64,000 bases of DNA from Macrostomum lignano. Its lineage: Eukaryota. The notes under the pieces were generated by a model that worked only from the letters and a program-made list of their open reading frames with translations, made no database searches and was not told the DNA's origin. Position numbers and translations under genes: made by a program. Shown one piece after another: positions 39,621 through 52,471 of this stretch (the first letter of the stretch is position 1; every line of letters begins with the position of its first letter). The DNA is taken from positions 1 through 64,000 of the forward strand of contig NIVC01003607.1 of the NCBI GenBank assembly GCA_002269645.1, in the 5' to 3' direction.

Positions 39621-39932
39621 GGGGTTGTAGCCTAGTGGTTAGAGCGTCGGACTCACGATTTGAAGGTCAGGGGTTCGATTCCTGATCCCACTGGAACAAT
39701 TTGTGCCCTTAAGCAAAACACTTAACTCTGCATTGCTCCAGTTCACCCAGCTGTAAAATGGGCGCCAGCGTTAGCTTGGGAAATTGAAGGTGTGTGGCGC
39801 CCCCCCCCCAGTCCTTGGACTGAACAGCCATACGCAGCCTTCAGATGCGCCGCGCAATAGCTGCGGCTGAGCTGTCGGTTGCATGGGGAAGGTATAGTAG
39901 ATTTTTTATTAAATATTGTTAATTATTATTAT
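39621..39932 (+). mobile_element. tRNA-derived SINE with CORE-like central domain, copy 2
   Basis: A box TAGCCTAGTGG, B box GGTTCGATTCC, then CCTTAAGCAAAACACTTAACTC...CAGCTGTAAAATGGG resembling the CORE-SINE domain. Ends in an (ATT)n-like tail. Confidence 0.8.
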
Positions 39933-40183
39933 GAGAGGCTGCTGACGCAAAGAAAGGCTTCAAAGGGGCTGCAGTCAATCAGGCTTTGCTGCTGACATCT
40001 TAGGCTGAAGAAGTTTTTTAGCCAATCAGGACAATCCACGGGCTGATGATGAAGCAGATTGGCTGCCCAGTGAGGCTGGGCCGAGCCCCAGCAGTAAAAG
40101 CCGCTGCCCGATCGCACCGGATTCCAAGAAAGCCCGAACCGCCTCGCCTTGCTGGCAGAATTGCGCTGAACTCAGAGCCGGGC

Positions 40184-43100
40184 ATGACGGCCTGCCAGAG
40201 CCCCGGAGAGGCCGCGCCGCCCTCCGCCATCTACCGGTGGGTGAAGTGCACCAACAACACGGCGCTGATCCGCTTCATGCAGGCCAACGAGCAGCGGATG
40301 CTGGACCAGATGAAGCAGGAGCTGCCCGCCATGCTCGGCCTCGCCGCCGCCTTCGCCGTCCTCATCGTGGCGGGCGGCCTGGCGAACTTCCTGCTGGCCG
40401 GCGCCCTCTGCTCACGGCGGGCGCTGCGCTCCAACTCGCACGGCCTGTTCGTGCTCAACCTAGCCTGCTCGGACCTGCTGCTCTGCCTCATCACCCAGCC
40501 GCTCAACCTCATGCAGCTGCTGCAGAGTCAGTATGGCTGGCCCTATGGAGAGCCGCTGTGCAAGGCTGCCAGCCTGCTGACCGGCCTGAACCTCTTCGTC
40601 TCCACCTTCTCCGTCAGCGCCGTGGCTCTGGAGCGCTTCCGGGTAGGCAAAGAGCTGCTGACGTCATCGGTGGATTGGCCAAAAAATGTTTTTTTTCGAA
40701 TAATGGGACTAGAGTGACATTGAGCATGCTGGGACTAGAGTGACATTGTGTATGCTGGGACTAGAGTGACATTGAGCATGCTGGGACTAGAGTGACATTG
40801 AGCATGCTGGGACTAGAGTGACACTGAGCATGCTGGGACTAGAGTGACACTGAGCATGCTGGGACTAGAGTGACACTGAGCATGCTGGGACTAGAGTGAC
40901 ATTGTGTATGCTGGGACTAGAGTGACATTGAGCATGCTGGGACTAGAGTGACATTGAGCATGCTGGGACTAGAGTGACATTGAGCATGCTGGGACTAGAG
41001 TGACATTGTGTATGCTGGGACTAGAGTGACATTGAGCATGCTGGGACTAGAGTGACATTGTGTATGCTGGGACTAGAGTGACATTGAGCATGCTGGGACT
41101 AGAGTGACACTGAGCATGCTGGGACTAGAGTGACATTGAGCATGCTAGGACTAGAGTGACACTGAGCATGCTAGGACTAGAGTGACACTGAGCATGCTGG
41201 GACTAGAGTGACACTGAGCATGCTGGGACTAGAGTGACACTGAGCATGCTGGGACTAGAGTGACACTGAGCATGCTGGGACTAGAGTGACACTGAGCATG
41301 CTAGGACTAGAGTGACACTGAGCATGCTAGGACTAGAGTGACACTGAGCATGCTGGGACTAGAGTGACACTGAGCATGCTGGGACTAGTGACATTGTGCA
41401 TGCTGGGACTAGAGTGACACTGAGCATGCTGGGACTAGAGTGACATTGTGCATGCTGGGACTAGAGTGAAATTGTGCATGCTGGGACTAGAGTGACACTG
41501 AGCATGCTGGGACTAGAGTGACACTGAGCATGCTGGGACTAGAGTGACACTGAGCATGCTGGGACTAGAGTGACACTGAGCATGCTGGGACTAGAGTGAC
41601 ATTGAGCATGCTGTGACTAGTGACATTGTGCATGCTGGGACTAGAGTGACATTGTGCATGCTGAGACTAGAGTGACATTGAGCATGCTGGGACTAGAGTG
41701 ACACTGAGCATGCTGGGACTAGAGTGACATTGTGCATGCTGGGACTAGAGTGACACTGAGCATGCTGGGACTAGAGTGACATTGTGCATGCTGGGACTAG
41801 AGTGACACTGAGCATGCTGGGACTAGAGTGACACTGAGCATGTTGGGACTAGAGTGACACTGAGCATGCTGGGGAATAGAGAGAATGGCATCACATGGCT
41901 GGCCATCCTGACTCAAGTCTTGAGAGCAGATTTGTCTGTTCTGCCACCTTTCTAGAGAGAATGGCATCACATGGCTGGCCATCCTGACTCAAGTCTTGAG
42001 AGCAGATTTGTCTGTTCTGCCACCTTTCTGGCCGCTTGTCGCTCAAAGTTAAACTCTGAATTGCAAACAGAGCAAGTAGGAAATCTGCTGCCTTAGTGAC
42101 ACTGAGTGACACTGACTAGAGTGACACTGAGCATGCTGGGACTAGAGTGACATTGTGCATGCTGGGACTAGAGTGACACTGAGCATGCTGGGACTAGAGT
42201 GACACTGAGCATGTTGGGACTAGAGTGACACTGAGCATGCTGGGGAATAGAGAGAATGGCATCACATGGCTGGCCATCCTGACTCAAGTCTTGAGAGCAG
42301 ATTTGTCTGTTCTGCCACCTTTCTGGCCGCTTGTCGCTCAAAGTTAAACTCTGAATTGCAAACAGAGCAAGTAGGAAATCTGCTGCCTTAGAAAAGCTTT
42401 CTCGTTCAGTCCTCCCAGCCTCTTCCTGCACCAGGATTTGGAGCGGGTGGGGGATTTGGGATGCTGGAAGGGAAATTGTGCAGCCGCTTGTCGGGCCCTT
42501 CCGGTCCCGGGAGAATCCGAACACAGAGTGCTGGGAGCCTCTCTCGCCGCTGAATCAACAGTGCCGCGTCTTGGATTCTTGGATTATCAACAGTGGCCCC
42601 CTGCTTTGATAGAGAGCCGCTTCTTCAGTCCTGCGTGTTGGATTCAACTACTGTAAATAGCAGGACCTGGCAGGAGCATTTATTGAAACTTTTCCCAGTG
42701 TGTGTTGACGGTGCAGTCAAAAATTTCCTTTGATAAAGAACAACTGACAGCGTTTGGGTCTTTTTTCCTTGCTGTCTGGGATTAAAATGCATGCGCAATT
42801 TAACAACCGTAGGCATGGGTGACAACAGCAGAGCTGCAATTTAACAATCGTAGGCATGGGTGACAACAGCAGAGCTGCAATTTAACAACCGTAGGCATGG
42901 GTGACAACATCGGGACTGCACTTTAACAATCGTAGGCATGGGTGACAACAGCAGAGCTGCAATTTAACAATCGTAGGCATGGGTGGCAACAGCAGAGCTG
43001 CAATTTAACAATCGTAGGCATGGGTGGCAACAGCAGAGCTGCAATTTAACAACCGTAGGCATGGGTGACAACAGCAGAGCTGCAATTTAACAACCGTAGG

Positions 43101-44130
43101 CATGGGTGACAACAGCAGAGCTGCAATTTAACAACCAAAGCTCTCGAGTCGGTCCGCGACGGCCCTGGCGAGAATATTTTGGGTGGGAATATTGGCCTCG
43201 GACCAAAATAAAGCAAGAGACGACGTACCCACTGTGATGTGTGCCTGGGTTTTATGACCCGGATGCCACTTGACCCCGCAGACCATCGTTCACCCCTCGG
43301 CGGGCGCTCTGCCGATCCTGCGCTGCCGTGTGGTGGTGCTGGGCATCTGGGCTCTGGGCCTGCTCATGGCCTCTCCAATGGCGCTGATGTCGCAGGTGAC
43401 TGAGAACGAGATGATCATCAGCAGGCAGGAGTGGCTGTGCATCGAGAACATGAGCCAGCACTGGACGCAGCTCAAGGTGGCTTACAGCGGCGTCACCCTG
43501 GCCGTGCAGTTCCTCATCCCCCTGCTGGTGCTGGCCGTGGCGCACGCCAGAATCTCCCGCTTCCTCCGGCGTCGCCTAACGGGCGTGGGTGTCGGCGCGG
43601 GAGCCGCCAGCGTCGGCGCCCCGCTGACGTCGCAGCAGACGCCGGCCGTGACAGTCAGCGAGTACCGGAAGCAGCGCTGCGCCCTTGAGGCGCGACGCCA
43701 GGCCCGAGCCAAGGCGCTACTGGTGGCCACGGTGGCCGTGTTCGCGGTCTGCTGGTGCCCCCTCACCATCGCCAACATCCGGCTAGACGTGCAGACTCTG
43801 CTGGACTCAGGCAGCGGCAAGAGAAGCGACGGTGGCGGCGGCGGCGGCAGCGGCGGTGACGGCGATGGTGCCGGAGGCGCTACGCACATCCGCATTGGTC
43901 AGGGCGTCTGCCTGCTGATGGTGCTGCTGTCCGCCTGCGCCAACCCGCTGCTGCACGGCTGCTGCAACCGCAACCTGCGCAAGGAGCTGCGCCGCTGCCT
44001 GTGCAGCCGCTGCCGCAGCCGCAGCCGCAGCGCCGCCCAGCCGGTGACGATCGCCCTGGCCGAGAAGCGGTCCCGGCACTGCGAGGTCGCCGTCGAAGAG
44101 TTGAAGAATGGCGACGCAGAGATTGAGTAG
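40184..44130 (+). CDS. Rhodopsin-class neuropeptide GPCR, NPY/NPF-receptor-like; exons 40184-40642 and 43282-44130 (~435 aa; start codon uncertain, ORF open from 40046)
   Basis: TM2 LFVLNLACSDLLLC, WPYGEPLCK, VALERFR|TIVHP across a phase-0 GT-AG intron, TM5 FLIPL, TM6 FAVCWCPL, TM7 SACANPLLHG. Confidence 0.88.
40710..41875. repeat. 26-bp minisatellite (GAGCATGCTGGGACTAGAGTGACACT) in GPCR intron
   Basis: ~45 units; resumes at ~42110-42240. Confidence 0.95.
42795..43137. repeat. 41-bp minisatellite (GCAATTTAACAACCGTAGGCATGGGTGACAACAGCAGAGCT)
   Basis: ~8 units. Confidence 0.93.
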
Positions 44131-45030
44131 ATGTAGATGGGCTGAGAGTTGAGTAGATGTCTATGGACTGAGAGTTGAGTAGATGTAGATGGACTGAGAG
44201 TTGAGTAGATGTCTATGGACTGAGAGTTGAGTAGATGTAGATAGACTGAGAGTTGAGTAGAAGTAGATGGACTGAGAGTTGAGTAGATGTCTATGGACTG
44301 AGAGTTGAGTAGATGTAGATGGACTGAGAGTTGAGTAGATGTAGATGGACTGAGAGTTGAGTAGATTTAGATGGACTGAGAATTGAGTAGATGCAGATGG
44401 ACTGAGAGTTGAGTAGATGTCTATGGACTGAGAGTTGAGTAGATGTCTATGGACTGAGAGTTGAGTAGATGTCTATGGACTGAGAGTTGAGTAGATGTAG
44501 ATGGACTGAGAGTTGAGTAGATGTAGATGGACTGAGAGTTGAGTAGATGTAGATGGACTGAGAGTTGAGTAGATGTAGATGGACTGAGAGTTGAGTAGAT
44601 GTCTATGGACTGAGAGTTGAGTAGATGTAGATGGACTGAGAGTTGAGTAGATGTCTATGGACTGAGAGTTGAGTAGATGTCTATGGACTGAGAGTTGAGT
44701 AGATGTCTATGGACTGAGAGTTGAGTAGATGTAGATGGGCTGAGAGTTGAGTAGATGTCTATGGACTGAGAGTTGAGTAGATGTCTATGGACTGAGAGTT
44801 GAGTAGATGTCTATGGGCTGAGAGTTGAGTAGATGTAGATGGGCTGAGAGTTGAGTTGATGTCTATGGGCTGAGAGTTGAGTAGATGTCTATGGGCTGAG
44901 AGTTGAGTAGATGTCTATGGACTGAGAGTTGAGTAGATGTCTATGGACTGAGAGTTGAGTAGATGTAGATGGACTGAGAGTTGAGTAGATGTCTATGGAC
45001 ATGATGACATGTTGAGTAAATGTCTATAGA
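44123..45030. repeat. 26-bp minisatellite (CTGAGAGTTGAGTAGATGTAGATGGA) beginning at the GPCR stop codon
   Basis: ~34 units, two main variants (GTAGAT / GTCTAT). Confidence 0.95.
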
Positions 45031-45519
45031 CCGTTGTTATAGATGATCAATTGATGCGGAATGATGAAGCTAGTCGGTGGATTTTCAGAGTAACTGGCCC
45101 TAGTGGGTCAGCGTCATTCCTCGAGTCAGCTGCAGCGCACAATGCTGTGATTGGATAGCAGCTCGGAGCTGCGCTAGAAGTACATTTGCATCGGCTGCCA
45201 CACCTGGGCAACTTATGGCCAGGTATATATTTATTAAATCGTTTTTTATTTTCTTTTTTTTCAATAAACGGACATTACTTTGGACTCGTAAGATATTGTC
45301 CTGTCCCTTAGAATGTCGTCATTTGAGTCATGTCTGTCCGAACTGTGCGCTTGAAACTGCCAGCAGATATTTTTCCCATTTTTCTTTGATATTTTTTGCC
45401 GGAAACAAAATCGCAGATTGCTTGATTCCCATCAAACAGAATTGTTAATCATTCAATATTTCCATTTTCTCTGTTTCATTCAACAATTAATTTATGTCCG
45501 TATGTGTTCCCAGCGTACT

Positions 45520-46030
45520 CCCCAATGCACCACCGTGATCCTGTTCAACTGAGCTGCATGACATCCCCAATGCACCACCGTGATCCTGTTCAACTCAGCT
45601 GCATGACATCCCCAATGCACCACCGTGATCCTGTTCAACTCAGCTGCATAACATCCCCAATGCACCACCGTGATCCTGTTCAACTCAGCTGCATGACATC
45701 CCCAATGCACCACCGTGATCCTGTTCAACTCAGCTGCATGACATCCCCAATGCACCACCGTGATCCTGTTCAACTGAGCTGCATGACATCCCCAATGCAC
45801 CACCGTGATCCTGTTCAACTCAGCTGCATAACATCCCCAATGCACCACCGTGATCCTGTTCAACTCAGCTGCATGACATCCCCAATGCACCACCGTGATC
45901 CTGTTAAACATCCCCAATGCACCACCGTGATCCTGTTCAACTCAGCTGCATGACATCCCCAATGCACCACCGTGATCCTGTTAAACATCCCCAATGCACC
46001 ACCGTGATCATGTTCAACTCAGCTGATCTC
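45520..46030. repeat. 45-bp minisatellite (CCCCAATGCACCACCGTGATCCTGTTCAACTCAGCTGCATGACAT)
   Basis: ~11 units. Confidence 0.95.
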
Positions 46031-46856
46031 CCTAATGCACCGCAGTCGGGTCACAGCTCATGTTTAACCAGTTTTCATGTTTGCTTTGCTTCTGTGCAGT
46101 CCAAGCTTTAAAGCACCTGGCCGCTGCGCCCCTCTGATCATCATAAACTATTAATGGAGCACCGCTGCTGCCTACACGCTTCTGCTTTTACCGTGGCCGG
46201 TTTTTGCCGGCCATTTCGCCCTCGCGCCGCCGAACAAAAGCCGCCGCAAGCAGCCTCGCGTCCTGCTCTGTAGCGGGGCGCCTCTGTGTTGTTCGCCCCT
46301 CCCCGCTCACCGCAGCCCCCCCCCACTGTCTGAAAGCGAGTCGCCAGCAATCCAATTATGCGGCAGCAATTTGCCCCGGAACACGGCGGCCTCTCGTCCT
46401 CCTTGATTTCCCAGCCTCCTAGCTCCTAGCGTCATCCAAGAGTTTTGAGTCGAATACACGAATGAACGGAACGCGAGAGCCGATCGTAGGAAAATGCTGG
46501 AAAGCTTAAAGTACACAAGGCGGAACTGACTGCCCGCTAATGCGGCTTTGCTATCGACTCGAAGTTCTCCTGTGTTTGAGTTTCTGATTTTTCGAAACTG
46601 CACCATTGCCTGCGCCCGTTCTCTTGCCACAGTCAGAATGAGCTCAGTCGAGTATCTTTAAACAGGTGCAGTTAAGTAAAGGTAACAATTTTTCCAAGAA
46701 AGAGTTTCGAAAAAAGTTTCTCTGAGGTTCGCTCTCGAAGCTTTAGTTTGCTTTACATGCAAGTCTGGCTATCACAGAAATGCGCTCTGATCTGCGCCCT
46801 TTTCTTGAGACCAATTGATGTTAAAAGAAATGCTTCATAACAGCACCTGGCCTGTA

Positions 46857-47524
46857 AGCTGACACAGTCAGTGAGAATGCTCGGCCTAAGGGAAGGGCTG
46901 ACACAGTCAGTGAGAATGCTCGGCCTAAGGGAAGGGCTGACACAGTCAGTGAGAATGCTCGGTCTAAGGGAAGGGCTGACACAGTCAGTGAGAATGCTCG
47001 GCCTAAGGGAAGGGCTGACACAGTCAGTGAGAATGCTCGGCCTAAGGGAAGGGCTGACACAGTCAGTGAGAATGCTCGGCCTAAGGGAAGGGCTGACACA
47101 GTCAGTGAGAATGCTCGGCCTAAGGGAAGGGCTGACACAGTCAGTGAGAATGCTCGGCCTAAGGGAAGGGCTGACACAGTCAGTGAGAATTCTCGGCCTA
47201 AGGGAAGGGCTGACACAGTCAGTGAGAATGCTCGGTCTAAGGGAAGGGCTGACACAGTCAGTGAGAATGCTCGGCCTAAGGGAAGGGCTGACACAGTCAG
47301 TGAGAATGCTCGGCCTAAGGGAAGGGCTGACACAGTCAGTGAGAATGCTCGGCCTAAGGGAAGGGCTGACACAGTCAGTGAGAATGCTCGGCCTAAGGGA
47401 AGGGCTGACACAGTCAGTGAGAATGCTCGGCCTAAGGGAAGGGCTGACACAGTCAGTGAGAATGCTCGGCCTAAGGGAAGGGCTGACACAGTCAGTGAGA
47501 ATGCTCGGCCTAAGGGCTGACACA
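46857..47524. repeat. 39-bp minisatellite (GCTGACACAGTCAGTGAGAATGCTCGGCCTAAGGGAAGG), very homogeneous
   Basis: ~17 near-identical units. Confidence 0.97.
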
Positions 47525-47691
47525 GCTTCATAAACAAACTAATATTCTAAATGGTGGGCGAGTAACAAAGAATATAAAGACACTTCAATCTCAGACAAAA
47601 CTGTAGACTCAATGACTTGAATAGCAATAACGCTGACACTGGCAGGTCGTCGGTCTATCAAGAAGCGGATGGCGTATTTATCAAATATGAC

Positions 47692-47729
<38 letters not shown>

Positions 47730-49329
47730 TTTGTCAGAGCAGAGCAAAGACCGCTCCGCACGCCCGCATCAGGCATCGGCTGCTGAAAGCAATTTAAAAA
47801 AGGCAAAATGCGATGCGGTTCTCCATTTTTTAAGCGGCTTGACTCAACCGGAGGCAGAAGGGATTTTAATTTAATTAGCATTTCCCCTTGAGCTGCATGA
47901 CCCTCTCCGCTGCTTTGCAGAAAAAATTCACTTTTCAAAAGCTGCTTGTCTGGCATTTCCGACCTCCAGCATGGCATCGCCCATCACTGAGTAAAGTGTG
48001 TTTTCGATACATATCGGAGAGCTACAAATCAATAGCCGAGTAAAGTGTATTATCGATACATATCGGATAGCTACAAATCAATAACTGAGGCTGCGTCTTG
48101 ACTGGCATCGTGACAGTCATTGGGAATTATTAATGTTTCGAAATCTCTCTGAATTAGCAGCGCACTGTGCCAGAATCGTCCCAGCACCTGCTGCTCCCAG
48201 CTGCCGCGGGTACCATGTGAAAAAAGGATTTGGGAATCTTGGCCCAGTTCCTGCTAAATATTTCAGTTTTTGCTGCTGCCCGGGCTACCAGACAGACAGA
48301 CATTTGACAGGGATCTCTTGGACAAAAAGAAACGGGGGGGGGTGGGCAGCAGCAAGAAAGAGCTTTTACACATCTGTGTCGACTCTCGATGGGTAAAGCG
48401 AATTTTTATCAGCTATTTACTTGCAACATTCTACTCTTAGTAGGTGAGAAGCAAATAATATTCAATTAATCCTCGCATTCCCAGGGGATTTCTCTTCATT
48501 TTGGCATCAGTTCAGCGTTTGAATATCTTTGATTTCTTAAAAATCCTTAGCCAGATAAATCCCTGTTTTTCTTTAAGGCCCTGAGCCCTTGCCTGCCCTT
48601 AAATCAATATTGAACTCTTCCACTAATTCAACGATGGCTATATTGACTTTTAATCTACCTGTGTTTATCAGTGATGCAGTAATTAGCTGGCGAAAGTGGC
48701 TGGTGGGTGCAGTGGGCCGCCTACTCTGCGCAGCCTTATCTTATCTGAGGCTTTTTGTTTGCAATAATCGAAATTCACTTCCTTATAATTGTGCTGAATT
48801 GCGGCATAATTTTGAGCAAACCATGCAGCCAATTATGCGGCGCTACAGTCGGTGCAATTGTGATTATAAATCTGTTGTCTGGTACTGCGGATTCGAGCTC
48901 AGCTCCTGTGATAAGAGCTTAGCTTTGAGTGAGTATTTATATTGTCTTGGAATTAATTTTCTCACCTGACCTTTCAGACCTGTATGTTTAGTTAAGCAAG
49001 GTAAACAAATTATCAATATCACTTTTATAGGGAACGCATATGAAGTTCTGACAGATAAATCCCAGCGCTTTGACTGGGAGTCTGGAACTGCGGGAAACGT
49101 ACAGGATGGAGTGGAGAAGGCTTCATGAGTAGGGATCCGAATCCCAGGAACTGGGACAGTACTGCTTGCCGGTCATGAGTGCCATCCGAGAATTTTATGA
49201 TAATAATTTTTATCCTGATTCTAATTTTATTAAACTTTAATTGTGACTTGCTAATACCTATTCACATACCGGTATTCTTGCAATAATGCATTTGATTGTC
49301 GTCTGATTTCATTTGCATTCATTTATTCA

Positions 49330-50400
49330 AATCCAATCCAATCCAATCTAATCCAATCCAATCCAATCCAATCCAATCCAATCCAATCCAATCCAATCCA
49401 ATCCAATCCAATCCAATCCAATCCAATCCAATCCAGTCCAATCTAATCCAATCCAATCCAATCCAATCTAATCCAATCCAATCCAATCCAATCCAATCCA
49501 ATCCAATCCAATCCAATCCAATCAAATCCAATCCAATCCAATCCAATCCAAACCAATCCAATCCAATACAATCCAATCTAATCCAATCTAATCCAATCCA
49601 ATCTAATCCAATCCAATACAATCCAATCTAATCCAATCCAATCCAATCCAATCTAATCCAATTTAATCCAATCTAATCCAATCCAATCCAATCCAATCCA
49701 ATCCAATCCAATCCAATCTAATACAATCCAATTTAATCCAATCTAATCCAATCCAATCCAATCCAATCTAATCCAATCCAATCAAATCAAATCCAAACCA
49801 ATCCAATCCAATACAATCCGATCTAATCCAATCCAATTTAATCCAATCTAATCCAATTTAATCCAATCCAATCCAATTTAATCCAATCTAATCCAATCTA
49901 ATCCAATCCAATCCAATCCAATCCAATCTAATCCAATCTAATCCAATCCAATCCAATCCAATCTAATCCAATCTAATCCAATCCAATCCAAGCCAATCCA
50001 ATCCAATCTAATCCAATCCAATCCTATCTAATCCAAATCTAATCCAATCCAATCCAATCCAATCCATTCCAATCCATTCCAATCCAAGCCAATCTAATCC
50101 AATCCAATCCAATCCAATCGAATCCAATCCAATCCAATCCAATCCAAGCCAATCTAATCCAATCTAATCCAATCCAATCCAAGCCAATCTAATCCAATCT
50201 AATCCAATCCAATCCAAGCCAATCCAATCCAATCCAATCCAATCCAATCCTATCTAATCCAAATCTAATCCAATCCAATCCAATCCAATCCAATCCAATC
50301 CAATCCAATCCAATCCAATCCAATCCAATCCAATCCAATCCAATCTAATCCAATCCATTCCAATCCAATTCAATGCATTCCAATCCAACCCATTCCAATG
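49330..50400. repeat. (CCAAT)n pentamer satellite, ~1.07 kb
   Basis: ~210 units with CTAAT and other variants. Confidence 0.97.
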
Positions 50401-50534
50401 CCAACCGAATCCAACCCAATCAGTCGAATCCAAATAGAATGTTTTTGAGGGTGATTCTCAGTCAGGATGTATAGGATTTTTTGTTACTTTTCGTTGTTAG
50501 CAGTTGGGCATGGTGGCTTTCTATCGGCAATTGG

Positions 50535-51245
50535 GAAATCGGGGATTAAGGAAGCCAAATGGGATATCAGAGATTAAGGGAGCCAAATGGGAATCGGGGA
50601 TTAAGCAAGCCAAATGGGAAATCAGAGATTAAGGGAGCCAAATGGGAAATCGAGGATTAACGAAGCCAAATGGGAAATCAGAGATTAAGGAAGCCAAATG
50701 GGAAATCAGAGGTTAAGGAAGCCAAATGGGAAATCGGGGATTAAGGAAGCCAAATGGGAAATCGGGGATTAAGGAAGCCAAATGGGAAATCGGGGATTAA
50801 GGAAGCCAAATGGGAAATCGAGGATTAAGGAAGCCAAATGGGAAATCAGAGATTAAGCAAGCCAAATGGGAAATCAGAGGTTAAGAAAGCCAAATGGGAA
50901 ATCAGAGGTTAAGGAAGCCAAATGGGAAATCAGAGGTTAAGGAAGCCAAATGGGAAATCAGAGGTTAAGGAAGCCAAATGGGAAATCAGAGGTTAAGGAA
51001 GCCAAATGGGAAATCGAGGATTAAGGAAGCCAAATGGGAAATCGGGGAATAAGGAAGCCAAATGGGAAATCAGAGGTTAAGGAAGCCAAATGGGAAATCG
51101 AGGATTAAGGAAGCCAAATGGGAAATCGGGGAATAAGGAAGCCAAATGGGAAATCGAGGATTAAGGAAGCCAAATGGGAAATCAGAGGTTAAGGAAGCCA
51201 AATGGGAAATCGAGGATTAAGGAAGCCAAATGGGAAATCGGGGTG
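50535..51245. repeat. 28-bp minisatellite (GGATTAAGGAAGCCAAATGGGAAATCGA)
   Basis: ~25 units. Confidence 0.95.
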
Positions 51246-52303
51246 CCAAATGGAAGGTAGATAGGTGTGCACTCTGCGCAGAAATCAGTTCGAATTTAAA
51301 CGGCTAGTCAGTGTATTAAGTAATTGTTTGTTAAGCTTACTGTTTATTGAATTTCTAAGAACTCACGTATCCCCCGCTCCCAACTCCTGCGCCTTCGACC
51401 GTCGATACATCAGTTCTGTTCTGCACGTGGACGGAACAGCCCAGCTGAAATAAATTAATTAGCCACCCTGAAATTGTGGAATGCTTGGATCGCAGGTTTG
51501 CAGGTGGAGTCAGGTGGACAGTTCAATGAGAGGCTTATTCTAAATTTCGCTATGCCAATTTGCCAAGGTTTCTTGGGAGGAAAAGAAAAGGCTGAAATTT
51601 CGCACTTCGCTAGAAGCAGCTTTGCAGTTTTCCTGGCTTATTTCGCTTCATAGAAATACAGACTGACTGATTCGCGGGTTGAGGGAGCGCAATTTACACG
51701 CGCCCTCCTAGCGCCTGTGGAACTGTGGCTTGCTATTTTTCGGCAAGACGGACGGTTGCCCCCTCCCTGTGTTTCATTGAGAATTGATAAATAAGTGCAC
51801 GCTGTAATCAAGTTTTCCTCGCGCCCGCCCGGCTGGCGCGAGCTACGCGGAGTTGGAATTTTAGGGGGTTGGGGTGGGGGCTGCGACTGAGGCCGGCCCG
51901 GGCGGGGAGGTTTAGAGATAAAATAAGGAGGGTGAGAAATGAAAGCCCTGCACAGCCCGCCCGCCACCCGCCACCCCCCCCCACTTCACTACTTGTGTTG
52001 TAAAGTGAAATGAGCGACCGTTGCGGACCCTCAAATAAGCCTTCCCTCTCTTCCCTCCAAAACCCTCCCAGGCGCGGCCACCCAGGCCCGCTCCCTCATT
52101 GGCTGCTCGAGGGCGCTCCCCCATCCCAGGTCCCAAACTGAGGCCCCATAAAGGCCCCCGCTTTATCTCCGCTCTGTTTCCTCAGACCGAGAGCCGCCTC
52201 TTGTCCCAGCCCAGAACTGAATAAACAACTCCGGTCACACCTGACTCTCTCCTGCCATCGATTCTCACTTACCTCGGATCAGATTGACTTGAATCCCCCC
52301 GCT

Positions 52304-52471
52304 ATGTCGGCTACAGTGTTGAACTCCTGCAACCTGAGCTTCTACCAGCTGCAGTCCTACCTGCAATCCTGGCACGCAGCCAACGCCAACCGCGCCGCCG
52401 CCAAGGAGAACCTGAACTACGGAGGAGCTGCTGGGACATCGCCGAGCACGTGCCCGCCTCAGGCGCAAAGT
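52304..52471 (+). CDS. Candidate first coding exon of the C2H2 zinc-finger gene
   Basis: ATG...MSATVLNSCNLSFYQLQSYLQSWHAANANRAAAKENLNYGG...QAQS followed by GTAAGT donor in phase 0, compatible with the acceptor at 57420. GC3-rich codons. Linkage to the zinc-finger exon is inferred. Confidence 0.55.

Noticed and set aside
39621-39693. Possible tRNA gene
   Set aside because: Stems pair poorly, no oligo-T terminator, and it continues into a SINE body shared with the copy at 37435-37665.
38862-47537. ORFs over the 33-, 45- and 39-bp arrays
   Set aside because: Repeat-derived and open in several frames/strands at once.
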